A stretch of DNA of 64,000 nucleotides from NCBI RefSeq assembly GCF_009834535.1, contig NC_045696.1, forward strand, positions 66,900,001-66,964,000. Reading direction: 5' to 3'. Within the stretch, counting starts at the first letter, position 1. Every line of letters begins with the position of its first letter. The translations under genes were made by a program, and so were the position numbers. The notes beneath the pieces were generated by a model. That model ran no database searches. It had not been told where the DNA came from and worked only from the letters and a program-made list of their open reading frames with translations. This document shows, one piece after another, positions 52,316-64,000 of the stretch. Origin of the DNA: Camelus ferus (Eukaryota).

Positions 52316-52714
52316 TGTGAAAATCAATAAATGAGGAGAAACCTCAATTAAAATGGAGTCAGGAAGACCGAAGGGGGAGCTCTCCTGCCCTGTGATGATA
52401 GCAGAGCCCAACAGGAAGAAGAAAGACTTCCTCTTCTTGCCTGGCAAGGCCTCAGCCAATGAGAGAGATACTGTAACAACTCAGCCAATGAGAAGCCACT
52501 ATACGTCAAACTCTCAGTTTCTCCAGTGGACTCTGTTTACTATAGCCCCAAGTTCCTTTTCCCCCTTTTAAAACTGTTGCCCTCTCCATTTTTGCTGGGG
52601 ATTTGCACCTGGTTGGCCATGGTTGCAAACTTTGAATTGCAAATCTTTATTGGTCCCAAACAAACCCATTTTTGCTGGAGAAATAACTGGCAGTCTACTT
52701 GTTTCAGGTCAACA
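52316..52714 (+). mobile_element. ERV1-class solo LTR (MER34/MER39-like) inserted in a MIR
   Basis: TGTGAAAATC...TTTCAGGTCAACA with perfect 4-bp TSD AATG (52312-52315 / 52715-52718). MIR sequence resumes on both sides. Confidence 0.85.
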
Positions 52715-53313
52715 AATGTATATTGCTTAATTTTCATCCTCACAAACTTGCAGATGTGTAGGTAAGGCAGATATCATTGTGATTATTTCACAAGTAAGGA
52801 AATAATTTCCAGGGAAAAAAGTGAATTGCCCCGTGCCACAGAGCTGGTAAGTGACAGAGCCCAGCTTCAAATCACCTTCAACTTGAGTTCTATGAGTTTT
52901 AATTGCATTGCCTCAAAGCCAGGTTTTAGTTGACAGACAACGTATTGAATAATGCCAGTTCTCCTCCTACTCAGGGAGAAGGCCTTTAGTGTCAGATAAT
53001 GAAGAACAGTTAACCCTGAGAAAGTACGCTGAAATAAAGGCTGGAGAGTAGCCACCAGAAACAGCAGAGTCATGACTTTGCTGTTCTCCGTCATCCTAGG
53101 GAAAGAGCTTGCGACCCCATCCTTTGCTGTCAGTCCTTCAAGTGTCACCTTACAAATCTCCCTCCCCTCCTTGAAAGCAGTAGTGGGCACAGGGATGAGG
53201 GGCACCCTGAGTGTAGTTTGGAAGGACTGATGGCAAGGCTGTCACAATAGCAATGAGGTTTTGACACTAGAAACTTTTAAATTAAAATCCTCTCTCTTCT
53301 AAAAAGAAGCATC

Positions 53314-53710
53314 TTTGATGGACTGAATGTTCGTGTCCCCCAAATTCATTGATTGAAGCCTTAATCCCCAATGTGATGGGATTTGAAGATGGAGCCCTTG
53401 GGAGGTAATTAGGGTTAGATGAGGTCATGAGGGTGGGGACCTCCTGAAGAGGTTAGTGCCCTTATAAAAATGGACATCAGAAAATTCAATCTTTCTCTGT
53501 CCATGGGCACACACCAAGAAAAGGTTATTTTAGGACACAGCAAGAAGGCAGCAATCTACAAGCCAGGAAAAGAGCTCTTGCCAGAACCCAACCACAGCGG
53601 CACCCTAATCTCAGACTTTTAGCCTCCAGAACTGCAAGAAAATAAATTCCTGTTGTTTAAACCACCCAGTGTGTGGCATGTTGTTGTAGGAGTCCCAGCA
53701 GACTGAGAAA
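53314..53710 (+). mobile_element. MLT1A-type MaLR solo LTR
   Basis: tgatggactgaatgttcgtgtcccccaaattca...aataaattcctgttgtttaaaccacccagt...cagactgaga. Confidence 0.85.
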
Positions 53711-55624
53711 GTACCTTAGTTTAAATATTGAGTATGGAGTGAGAGCATTGCATTAACACAACCTATTACAATGTAAAATTTTGTAATAGATTTTCAATGT
53801 AAAATCTTTGAAGCACTTCCTTAGATCTTATCCAGAAAGATTTAGCCTTGGAGCAACTTGTAGCCCTCCTGTAATATTTCTTTGTTACTTTAATCATGTT
53901 CTGTAATCAGCTTCTCCAAACAAACAGATCAGCTTCTCCTTCCAGCAAATCTTCGGTGAGCATCTATGATGAGAACCGGAAGACTAACCTAATGGTGATG
54001 TGAAGACGGACAGAGGTGCCATTTAAGGTTGACGTAACTGCAAAGTCAAGGAGAGAGATCGTAAAGGCTTAGATAATGGAAGATGCTGCCGATGTGGAAA
54101 GAAGGAACTGATTAGGGATGACATAGTGCAGCTAGAATTCACAGGCTTTGGTTATTGAAAGGATGTAGGGTGGTTCCATGTGAGTGAGGTGCAGAGATGA
54201 TGATTGAATTGAATGGAAGTTTGAATTGGACTTGAAGTTGTCATCTTCGTTTGGGGAGCTTTACTTCTTGCCAGAGGAGTGAGGAGTTATTCTCGCATTT
54301 TCCATTTCAGATGAGTCTGCTCATTTCTGTCTTCTGTTTCATTCAGGCAGTTTTGTGGGCTCCTTCTGTCCCGGGCTACTGGGAGGAGTAACAAAAGCTT
54401 ATGCTCCAAGCCTGTCACACTGCTCAGTGGCTAGAAACACATCTGCAGGTAGAAACAGTGTAACACAGCATTGCTCTTGTTTAGACACAGTGTAATGCAG
54501 CATTGCTCGTTTTGGAAAACATGGATTTGTGTCAGGATGCCACTGTTTACCAAACGTCATCACCACCAAAGTTCACAAGCTAATAGGTGAGGATGAAATA
54601 AGATAATGAAAAATAAACTCTTGGCGAGATGTCATGTAAACAAATATTACTAGTTTTAGAACTCTTATGCTTTATGTTTTTTTCAAAGAAAGCGATAAAA
54701 ATGCTTTGATAGAACAGGGGAAATAACAACAGAAACCTAGGTTTGAATTCACTCGGAAAGGCTGAAATGAAAGAGGCTTTTTATTCTTAAATGAGTCTTG
54801 ACAGGTCACCCTGTCAGCTCAATAGACCCTTTCTAGCCAACGACAGCAAACAGCAAGTTTTCTGATTTAAGATTCTTCAGGGGAGGTTTACTGAAAATTG
54901 TAACATGACAAAATAGCAACATTGCTTTGAAGGAAGCCGACAGCGTCGCTGCTGGCTCCAAATGAAAGGCTGCCATGGCCAAGCAGTCCTTGTCATTTCC
55001 TTTTCTCGGGGTGCTTTTCTTTGCCTCCCAAGAGTCAAAACAATGGTAACTGAGAAGCTGGCATCAGCGTGAGTGACAGTAAGTGTCACAAGACAGCTAG
55101 CTGATTGATTGATGGAAGATGATGAATGTTGTCTAAAAGAACAGAAAGCTATGTTTCCTTTTTGAAACCATTCAAATTTGGACAACATAGGCCAACAATC
55201 AGACATTTCTAAATTTAATGTGCACACCATTTCCAAATATGCAAACGACGATCAAAACCGCCACCCACCAGGACTCACATACATTAATAAGTGTCAACGG
55301 ATTTCAAACATCAGAAAGCTCCTTTTCCACCTGCACAGATGCCACAAGTCCCTGTTGATGATATGACACTGAAGAGAACATGGGTATGCAAGTTCTAGCT
55401 AATGATAATCATAGTAAAATTTCACACCTGTACAATAATTTCTTACTCTACTCTATGGTAAACTCTAGAGCTGGCAGCTGGGGGATGTAACTTTGAGATA
55501 ACATAATCTAAAATTTTCATTTTACTTTATGTAGAGAAGACTGAAGCCTTAAGGAAAGTCCCTTGACAAAGGATTGGCAGAGACATGGCTAATTTTGGTC
55601 CCCTCCAGTGTTTTGGTGAGCTAG

Positions 55625-56108
55625 TGTATCAGTAAAGGTCCCAACAGGACATGGATGTCCCACTCAAAATAGGATAATTCAAAGTGGGTTTATCCTCAAA
55701 AAGAATAGATACAAAGCTGTAGGCAGAGTTTAGGGGAAACACAAAGGTTAGTGCAGAAACAGAGCAGCAGCAGTGGCAGGGGCCCATCCCAAGATCCAAA
55801 GTGTCACAGGGTGGGAGCAATTCACCTACAAAAAGAAAACCCTGCAGAGCAGCTGCCTTCAAAAGAGGAGGTGACCTTCTATGAAGGGGCACAGCCAGCC
55901 TGTGTAGATTTCACAGGAAGTGGGGACTAGAGAAATAAAGAGTCTCACTTCACTCTCCCTCCCCACTTCTGACTTCCAACTGGAGCTACCTACTGGCTGA
56001 ACTCAACTGGAAGGTAGAGACATGTTTACATATTCCATGGTGTCAGGCTCCCGGGACAAAGAGTGGATGGAGAGCAGATATGGGGGGGAAAGGATGATAC
56101 TTGGCACA
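55625..56108 (-). mobile_element. Old ERVL-group solo LTR (LTR16/LTR33-like; family uncertain)
   Basis: TG...CA termini and tgtatcagtaaaggtcccaacagga...cactcaaaataggataatt; a similar end is seen at window positions ~50-120. Confidence 0.55.
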
Positions 56109-56929
56109 AATGCATACATTATGATTTTGCATATGTTTGAGAGCAAGGAAAAGGTACACAGGAAGAGACAGCAGAAAAGAAATTGATAGAGCAGAACCTC
56201 ACTATCGGAGGCAGGCTAAAAATAGCCGTGCAGGGGACTTATGGGAATTTCCCACTGACCACCTGCTTTTGAATGTGTATGGGGGAAATTCTAAGAGGCT
56301 TTAGGATGCGGGAGCTAGAATCAAAAACAACCTTTAAAATTGCAGCTGCAGTTTATTTTTATTTGAGCAACTTGATACAAATATTTCGCCCCACGAAAGG
56401 GCTTGCTGGCCGGCAGACAGGGCTGCAGAAGAACTTCTAAAACACACAACACTGTGGTGCTGTCTGAGTACAAGTTGGCATCCACCTTGGAGACATCCCA
56501 CATCATAGAGAGAAAAGGAATGATTTAGAATAATACTAAGTTTTATCCACATAAAATTATATGATTTCTAAAGTGTTTCTATAGTCATCATCTCCTAAGA
56601 GTCCTATGAGACAACTGAACCAGGCATTTTTATTCCCATTTTATAAAGTGGGAAATCCCAGGCAGAGGAAGCAGTAACCGGATGGCGTGCAGGTGGAGAG
56701 GGGCCTCGAACCTAAGCCACTGATTAAAGGTTCAGGGTTCTTTGCTCTTTACTCCCCACTTCCTCACTTGCACGTGTCCACAGCGTCAGGAGGTGCGATT
56801 TGGCTTGCACAAACTCAGACTCTGACGTAGTCAAGTGTTAGCTGTAGGCAACGCTCCCTACACCTTATCAGTCTCTCACATGACCCTGGCAGGGAGCTTG
56901 GGACTTCGGGCTAGCAATTTGCAGCTTGT

Positions 56930-57830
56930 GGAGGCACCATTTGGAAATGTGAGAGGAGGTGTTCTGGTTTGTCACAATGACCAGGGCATGTTATTAGCAT
57001 TTAGTAATCAGAGCCAGGGCATTCTAAACATTTCCCGATGTGTGGGCCAATCAGTGTACAAGGAAGGATTGTCCTGTCTAAATAAATACCAAGAGGTCCT
57101 TCAATGAGAAATACTTAAATTTAGATTGCTCTTCTAGAGTTAGCCAGGACTCATAGACAGGCACATATTAAACTTTAGTACATATCACGTTCTCCTGAAC
57201 CATGCATTGAAGATGCAGATTACTTGGCCTCACCTCTAAAGATGATCGTTCAGGATGTGGAGTGTGACCGGAATCCATATTTTAAAATGTGTACTCTCCT
57301 AGTTAGTTTGCAGTTGATGCTTGTATGAAATGCTGGCCTGAGCTGATCCAAAGGGAGCACATCCCAAAGGTTCTGATCAAAATTGTAGATGTTTCTCTCA
57401 TGGTCCTCTAACTTCTTCTTATCCATTCATCCACCCATCAGCCTGTCCATCCATTCAATCTGCATTTCCATTGATTTCTGACAGTGAGGACCTGTTTCTT
57501 GGTGACAAATTTTCCTGATTACCTCTCCTGTCTTCTGTCCTTTGATGTTCGAACCCCACCAATTAAATCAGAGTATCTGCTAGTAAGTCCCGGAGATCAG
57601 AGATCAGGATTTCTTAAAACCCCCTAGCTAATTCCAGCAGACATCCAAATTAGAGAACCAGCAGCGTAGACCCTTGATACTTAAACTCGAAACATGTGCT
57701 CTGTAGACTAGTAGCATATAGTCATCTGAAGATCTTGCTGAAATGCACATTTGCGTTCTTTAGGCCTGGGATGTGGCAGAAAATCTGCATTTCTAACAAA
57801 CTTGCAGGTGATGACAGGTGAGCCTCTGAG
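56930..57830. mobile_element. Cluster of hAT-Charlie MITEs (MER20/MER112-like at ~56930-57115, MER5-like pieces after)
   Basis: tttggaaatgt...tggtttgtcacaatgac...ctaaacatt...gagaaatact; aaatctgcatttctaacaaacttgcaggtgat. Confidence 0.6.
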
Positions 57831-60280
57831 ATTCCTCCCCAGGATTCTACTCACCCTACCCCCAGCCCCTGATGCTGGGGCTTTGATTCTATTCTACTGC
57901 ATTGTTCCTCATAGACGTCAACTGAACAGAGCCCCCAGGACTCAGGCTCAAGAATGTTGGCTCTAGAAATTCTCCTGTCAGACCCCAGCCCAGCAGAGGA
58001 CTATGCCAGGTACTGTGTAAGACTCCACGGGTATTTATCATGAATCTGGTAGCATTGGAAGCCTCTACAGATTATCAGTCAGGCACATCTCTGATCTGCC
58101 CAAATGCTTCCTAAATACAAGCTGCCACCCCTGTTAACTGCCTAGCCCACCCCCTGAAGATACATTAAGTATGTTTCCTGCCAGCATCCATCTGATGATT
58201 GTCAGACCTCTGGCTGCCAGCGGAAGGTCATGAATGGAAGGAAATGGGCACCATGATCTCTCCAGTTAGTTTTCAATACCCCAGCCCCTCCAACCCCAGT
58301 CAACAGTACACTGCATCTTCACTCCTTTGGAAGTTCTTGTGACAATCCTCTACAAGACCAGAGTCTGTTCCTACTTTCAGTGTTGTTTCCTTTACATGGA
58401 AAAACTTTCTCATTACCTTGACCTTATGAACATCTACGCATCCTCTAGAACTCTATTTAATGTTATCTTCTCTCTGTCTCTTTCCCTGACAAGCCTCTAC
58501 CAGGCAAAATTAATTACTGATTGGAATCTAGGGTCTGACTCACACTGTCACCACAATACTTATATTGTATTCAATAAGGTGCCTATTAAGTCTGGAGATA
58601 TAGGTAATAATACATAGTTGGTTTTATGTATTGGTGAAATTCTTGACATTGTGCATATATTATTATATATTTCCTATGTTTCCAGACATTATGGACACCC
58701 CATATTCATTCACACAAAGTCCTTTGTGGCTATGTTACCAGAGTTGACCTCTAGATTTTATCTAATTCTTTTTTTTTTTTTAATTCTCAGCATCTAGCAT
58801 ACATCCTGAGCCATTTTTGAAGTTCAGTATAAGTTGTCAAATTGAAATGTACATTGATTGTTCTTAACGATACCTTTGTCAATATATTCAACTGAAGAAA
58901 TGATGGGAGATTGTTCATAACATAGAACATAGATCTTATCAAACGAGACTTCACATCCAGATGTAGAAAAAGCCTTCTCAATGTCTTAGGCCGCAAAATC
59001 CACATTCTCATTTCCAAAAGCAACCTTTGTGTTGGACCTTTCTCAGTAGATGTATAGAGATCTCTTTAGGATTATCTTAAAGGATAGAAACATAGAGATG
59101 GTTTAAATATGTCATTATCCTGCAGTCAAAATTCCAGTTTTGGAGTCAGAAGCCTGAGGCTTTATACCCAGGGATGCCAAAGAAGGGCACAGACCCAGGT
59201 CAGGCTGTCCCAATCCTTGTAAATGGATGTAAGTGAGAGGGTATGGTCTCCCTCCCTGTCATTCACAACCATTCACTTGGGCTTGAAGAGCCTCTGCTAA
59301 CATGTTTAAAAGAAAGAAAGGAAAAAAAAACTACCCCAGGATATTCAATCAGAGCAGGAATGCTGTGGGTAACCAAACCCAGGGTCACATACCCAGTAAA
59401 ATGATTCAGTAAAATGAGTCAGTCTCTTCACATTTCCACACCGAGACACACAGAGAGCAGCCACTGCGGGCTGCTCAAGTCAGCACAGCATTTGCACAGC
59501 CAGAAAAAGTGCAAACACACAGAATTCTCCTTCCTTCCAGGAGTGCCCTCTTAGGTCATACTTATGCTACGGAGTTGCTTCCAAACGCATCTTAGGCAAA
59601 ACAGCTGCAATTCCAAAGCACTAACAAGTCCTTGAATCACCTGGTTATGAAACTCATAAAGTGCTAAATAGTGTAGAGATGGTACAAGTGATGCATGCTT
59701 CGTGCAGAACAATTAAACACAAATAAGCTAAAAAAATGAAAACATAAGAAGGAAGTAAAAGACCTGAAATAAAAGCTCTGTTCATAATTTTTAGTGTGCA
59801 TTTCAGTATTTTTTGATTGTGTGTATGTGTATCTGCATGTACATAATAAATATTTCTGTCAAAGATTAGCTGATAGTGCATATAGTTTTAAAATCTGCTA
59901 TTTTTCACACCAAAATTATACAAAGTTATGTATCATTAATCATTCCAAGATAATTATTCATATTTCATTACATAATAGTTATGATTGCTTAGTATTCAGT
60001 ATGTAGAGAAATAGTTTAACCAATCATTATTATCAGATTTATAAATAATTTAAAGTATTATAAATAAAATTTGTATTGAATTATTAGATATTAAATATGT
60101 ATATATTTATAATTATAAAAACAAAGTTGTAACAAACATCGTCTTAGCTACATTTTTCCACATGTCCTTAACTACTACCTTAATATGAATTACTAGATGT
60201 GGAAATGTAAGGTCAAAAGTTGCAGAGAACACTGTCAAAGATTCCTACAGAAAATGTGAGCCAATTCACTTCCATTGAAG

Positions 60281-60418
60281 AATATACATACATATATATA
60301 TATATATATGTATGTATGTATGTGTGTGTGTGTGTGTATATATATAGAGTCACCATGCTGTGCCCTAGAAACTAACCCAACATTGTAATAAATCAATTAT
60401 ACTTCAATTTTAAAAAAA
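60281..60418 (+). mobile_element. Short L1 3' end carrying a (TA)n(TATG)n(TG)n microsatellite, inserted in an older antisense L1M
   Basis: Microsatellite 60282-60346 then gagtcaccatgctgtgccctagaaactaacccaacattgtaa...caattatacttcaattttaaaaaaa. Possible TSD AAGAATAT/AAGAGTAT. Confidence 0.75.
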
Positions 60419-61269
60419 GAGTATTTGAGGGTCCTTTTATTTCCCCATATCTCATTCTCCAAGAGCATCATTTAAAAATCTTCAAATTTAAAAGTGAATA
60501 TGACATCTTATTTCAGACTTAATTATTACTGGTGAGATTGTTATTGCATTTTATTGGCCACTTGTATTTCTTTGTGAAATTTATGTTCATGACTTTTGTC
60601 TGTTTTTTCCCCTATAACATCATCTTTTTCTTATAGATATGCAACAATTATTTATAGATTAAATCTACTAACTGTGAAATATTCACTGCATCTACTTTCC
60701 TTATTTGTCATTAGCTTTTTAAACCATGAGTGATGTTTCTTATACTACAAAAGCATTGCTTTTTTAAAAAAATTGTTTTTCATTGAATGAAAGATTCTTT
60801 AAATTCTATAGTGTTTTACAATTTTCAAAAGTTTCACACACATGATTTCATATAATCCCATAATAATCCTTTTGCTTTTTTTCACATAGCAAATTTATCT
60901 GTCTATTCATATAGTTTCTGCCTTTGGTGTCTAATTTATGTAACAGGATACCTGTTGAAGATGAAAAAGCAATGCCAGAAAAACTGCCACTTTTAAAGTT
61001 AAGATTTGCCTTGTTTTGAGAAAATTATTCCACGGGACTGATTAGTTATGGAAATATAAATAAAATATCCTTATTCATGGTTCACACTTCATGGACGGGC
61101 AACTCCCATTGGAGGGAAGAGAACTGGCGCCTACAACCTAACGACCGGAAGGGGCCAAGACAAAGATGCCCAGAAGGAAAACCTCTGAATAGGGTCTGGT
61201 TTACGCACTGTGGAAGTAGCCCAGTGATATACCCTTAAATGTTTTGCTGTTGACTTTGAGGAAAAATGA

Positions 61270-61900
61270 ATGCATATTTTCATGTACTTAAGTTTACAGT
61301 AAATTTTAATGATACCATGTTTTTCTTTACCTAGCCCAAATTTACAAATAATAGTAGAATATACAATGGAATACTTCCCTTGGTTTTTGGTAAACTCTTG
61401 TATAGCCAACTCATGTTTGCAACTGATGAATGGACATAGTTTCAATATGGATGTTGGTTGATATTTTTGCCTTTGTTAATGTGTAGGACAAAATTGAAAC
61501 AGACAATAAAACATTTCTCACAACTTTGATTTGCCGATTACCAAACCAATTTATTTGCTGAATCAGATAAATAATTTTCAAATACTGGAATATTTCCTCA
61601 AATTTATTATGCTATTCACAATATAGTGACTATGAACTTGATAAGTTTTAATTTAATCTATATCACTGACATTTTCTTCATCATTTTCTTAACCATCAAC
61701 AGAACAATAAACCAAGCCCTTATTTGTAGTATTTGCTGATTTCAGTGGTAAGTATTTTCACCACGATCGATTTCAAGCTATAAACATGGTGTCACTGCAT
61801 GTGGAATTGGGAGAGACGGCAACCTCAACAGCACAGACAGCAGTGAAGACAGCAAACTAGAAAGTGTGGATTTTGAGTGTTTATTACCTCTTGTATTTGT
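61270..61900 (-). mobile_element. Long MER63-family hAT-Blackjack element
   Basis: aagcccttatttgtagtatttgctgatttc...cgatttcaagcta...gtcactgcatgtggaattgggagaga is the reverse complement of the MER63 core also present at 31028-31222. Confidence 0.65.
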
Positions 61901-64000
61901 TCGTTTTCTGTGATGTCTTACATGTTGGATAAAATTTGCCATGAAGGCATCTGAAACTAGAATGTAGTTGTGTGTGGGGCGGGGCGGGGGGGATGGTTTT
62001 CACTAGCAATTCAATCTGTTTTATTGAAAATTCAATAAATACATACATTTGATTTTTTTTTTAACTTCAGGTTAGGTAATATATTAAGGTTGTGCATTTC
62101 TCCTTGAGTGAGCTGTGGTAGCTTGTATTTCTCAAGGAATTCGTCCATGCCATCTAAGCTGTTGAATGTACTGGCATACGTAGTTCATAATAATACATCC
62201 TTCTTATCCTCTAAGTATCTGCCAGATCTGTAGTGATGGTATCTCTCATGTTCCTGATATTGGTAGTTTGTGTTTTTTCTCCTTTTTTTTTTTTTTCTGG
62301 CAAGTCTGGCTAGAGGTTTATATATTGTATTGATTTAAGAATCAATTTTTAAGGGGGTAGGGTATAGCTCAAGTGGTATAGTGCATGCTTAGCATGCACA
62401 GGGTCCTGGGTTCAATCCCCAGTACCTCCACTAAAAATAAATAAATAAGTAAAACCTAACCACCTCTCCCCACCAAAAAATATAATTGAAATAAATTTCA
62501 AAAGAATAAAATTTTTTTAAAAAATAATCAATTTTTAGTTTCATTAATTTCCCTATTTTATTATTTTTGTTTCATTGATTTCTGCTCTGATCTTGATTAT
62601 CTCCTTTCTTGTTCTTCCTTTGAAATTCATTTGCTCTTCCTTTTCTAGTTTCTTAAAGCTAACGCTGGGGCCATTGATTTGACATCTTTATCTTTCTTCT
62701 TTTACAATGTAGACGTTTGTGTTATAAAACACCACTACCAAGTATAGTTTAGTGTCATCTCACACATTTTAATATATTATGATTTCATTGTATTCAGTTG
62801 AAAATACTTCTTAATTTCTACTTTTATTTTTTCTTTGACCCACAGTTTATTTAGAAGTTTGACCCACAGTTCATTTAGTTTCTAAACGTTTTGGAATTTT
62901 CCAGAAGTCTTTCTGTTATTGATTTATCATTTAATTTTATGTGATCAGATTGCATACTTTGTATGACTTAAATCCTTCAAGGTTATTGATCCTTGTTTTA
63001 TGGCTAGAGTATGGTCTATCTTGGTAAGTGTTCCATTCATACTTAAAAAGAACATGTGTTCTGCTGTTGCTGTGTGGAGTGTTCTAGAAATGTTATTTTG
63101 GTCAAGTTGGCAGATAGTGTTACTCAAATAGTCTGTGTTCTTACTGACTGTCTGCTTATTTTATCCATTACTGAGGAGTGCAGTGATAACAACTATTTTA
63201 GTATTCTGTATATGTGTGATAATTCTATAGTCTCTGCCGCTTTGGGTCAGTTTTGATTGATTGGTTTTCCTTTCGTTATGAGTTGTATATTCTGGCTTCT
63301 TTGCTTGTCTTGAAATTTTTTATTGAAAAATTTACCTTGTTGGGTACTGGATGGTTTTGCATTCTTAAAAATAAACTTTGGCTTTGTTCTGATATGCAGT
63401 TAAGTTACGGGGAAACAATTTCATCTTCTTGGGTCTTACTTCTAAGCTTTGTTAAGTGGGACCTACACAGCATTCAGTCTGTTAATTTTTCCCCACTACT
63501 AAGGCAAGGCTCTTCTTAGTAGTCTTATATTCCCCTGAATTATGAGGATTTCCATCCTGCCTGCAGAGAACAGACACTATCTCCCCTTACAAGATTTAAT
63601 TACTTTCCCCTGTAATACTTTCAGATGTTTTCAACCCCTGGCTTCAAAAAGTTTCCCCATATGCATATGCTAATTAGTGCGCTGGTAAACGCTTGCCGGA
63701 AACCATCTGCACATCTTCAAAACTCTCTTCTCATGTAACCATTTTTACTCTGACATTCTGCCCCATGAACTCTAGCATCCTTGGTTTCCTCAGACTCCCA
63801 GTTCCATCTGCTCAACTCAGGGAGACCTCTGAGCTCTGCTTGGATCCCCTTTATTGCAATGCAGCCTGGAAACTCTCAGGGCAGTAAGCTGGGATAATTA
63901 CAGGGCTCACCCCATCTATTTCCTATCTCTCATCCATCACTGTTCTTCATTTCCTGACACCCAGTGTCTTGAGTGCCACTGTGTTATGTATTTTGTCTGT
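61900..64000 (-). mobile_element. Old L1 (ORF2 endonuclease region and 5' fragments), runs off the window
   Basis: ORF 62945-63127 NTICQLDQNNISRTLHTATAEHMFFLSMNGTLTKIDHTLA matches the L1 endonuclease (DIYRTLHPTTAEYTFFSSAHGTFSKIDH). Confidence 0.85.
62353..62525 (+). mobile_element. Vic-1-type camelid tRNA-derived SINE inserted in the L1
   Basis: GGGGGTAGGGTATAGCTCAAGTGGTATAGTGCATGCTTAGCATGCAC...GGTTCAATCCCCAGTACCTCC with perfect 12-bp TSD AATCAATTTTTA (62340-62351 / 62526-62537). Confidence 0.92.

Noticed and set aside
52495..52509. 15-mer GCCACTATACGTCAA shared between this LTR and the TP63 upstream exon (minus strand, ~3953-3967)
   Set aside because: Several 15-nt matches are expected by chance in a 64-kb double-stranded self-comparison, and the match does not extend.
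54451..54514. CRISPR-like array
   Set aside because: Only two adjacent copies with no spacer, in a mammalian genome.
61975..61993. GGGGCGGGGCGGGGGGG as a GC-box promoter or G-quadruplex
   Set aside because: Isolated G-run inside an old L1 with no CpG island or other promoter context.
1709..63887. The short ORFs of the six-frame track as host protein-coding genes
   Set aside because: None resembles a cellular protein. The recognisable ones are Tigger1, ERVL or L1 relics. The real TP63 exon is too short to appear in the track.
4330..64000. Hominid GTAp63 ERV9/LTR12 upstream exon
   Set aside because: No LTR12-like sequence recognised, as expected for a non-primate.

Overview
Mammalian genomic DNA, most likely a camelid (alpaca, llama or camel), judged from two Vic-1-type tRNA-derived SINEs and matching young L1 tails. 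The only host gene I can support is TP63 on the minus strand. The window holds its TA promoter, exon 1 (62 coding nt at 3594-3655, [21 protein letters not shown], the TA*p63 N-terminus) and the first ~3.6 kb of intron 1. About 250 nt upstream is a second, phase-compatible first exon (ATG CCC AGC TG|gtaag, 3897-3907) that would give an MPSC- N-terminus. The remaining ~60 kb is upstream intergenic sequence filled with old repeats: a decayed ERVL provirus with nested insertions, a second inverted ERVL pol fragment, a near-full Tigger1, solo LTRs, hAT MITEs, L1, L2 and MIR. A few repeat-free, motif-rich stretches could be enhancers. The ORF-track ORFs are chance ORFs or transposon relics. I found no new multi-gene system. 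The most interesting signal is the 5' architecture of TAp63: tandem first exons, a splice-or-uORF switch, an overlapping uORF and a Q12R change. Repeat family names come from recalled consensus sequences, and repeat boundaries are approximate unless target-site duplications (TSDs) are given.
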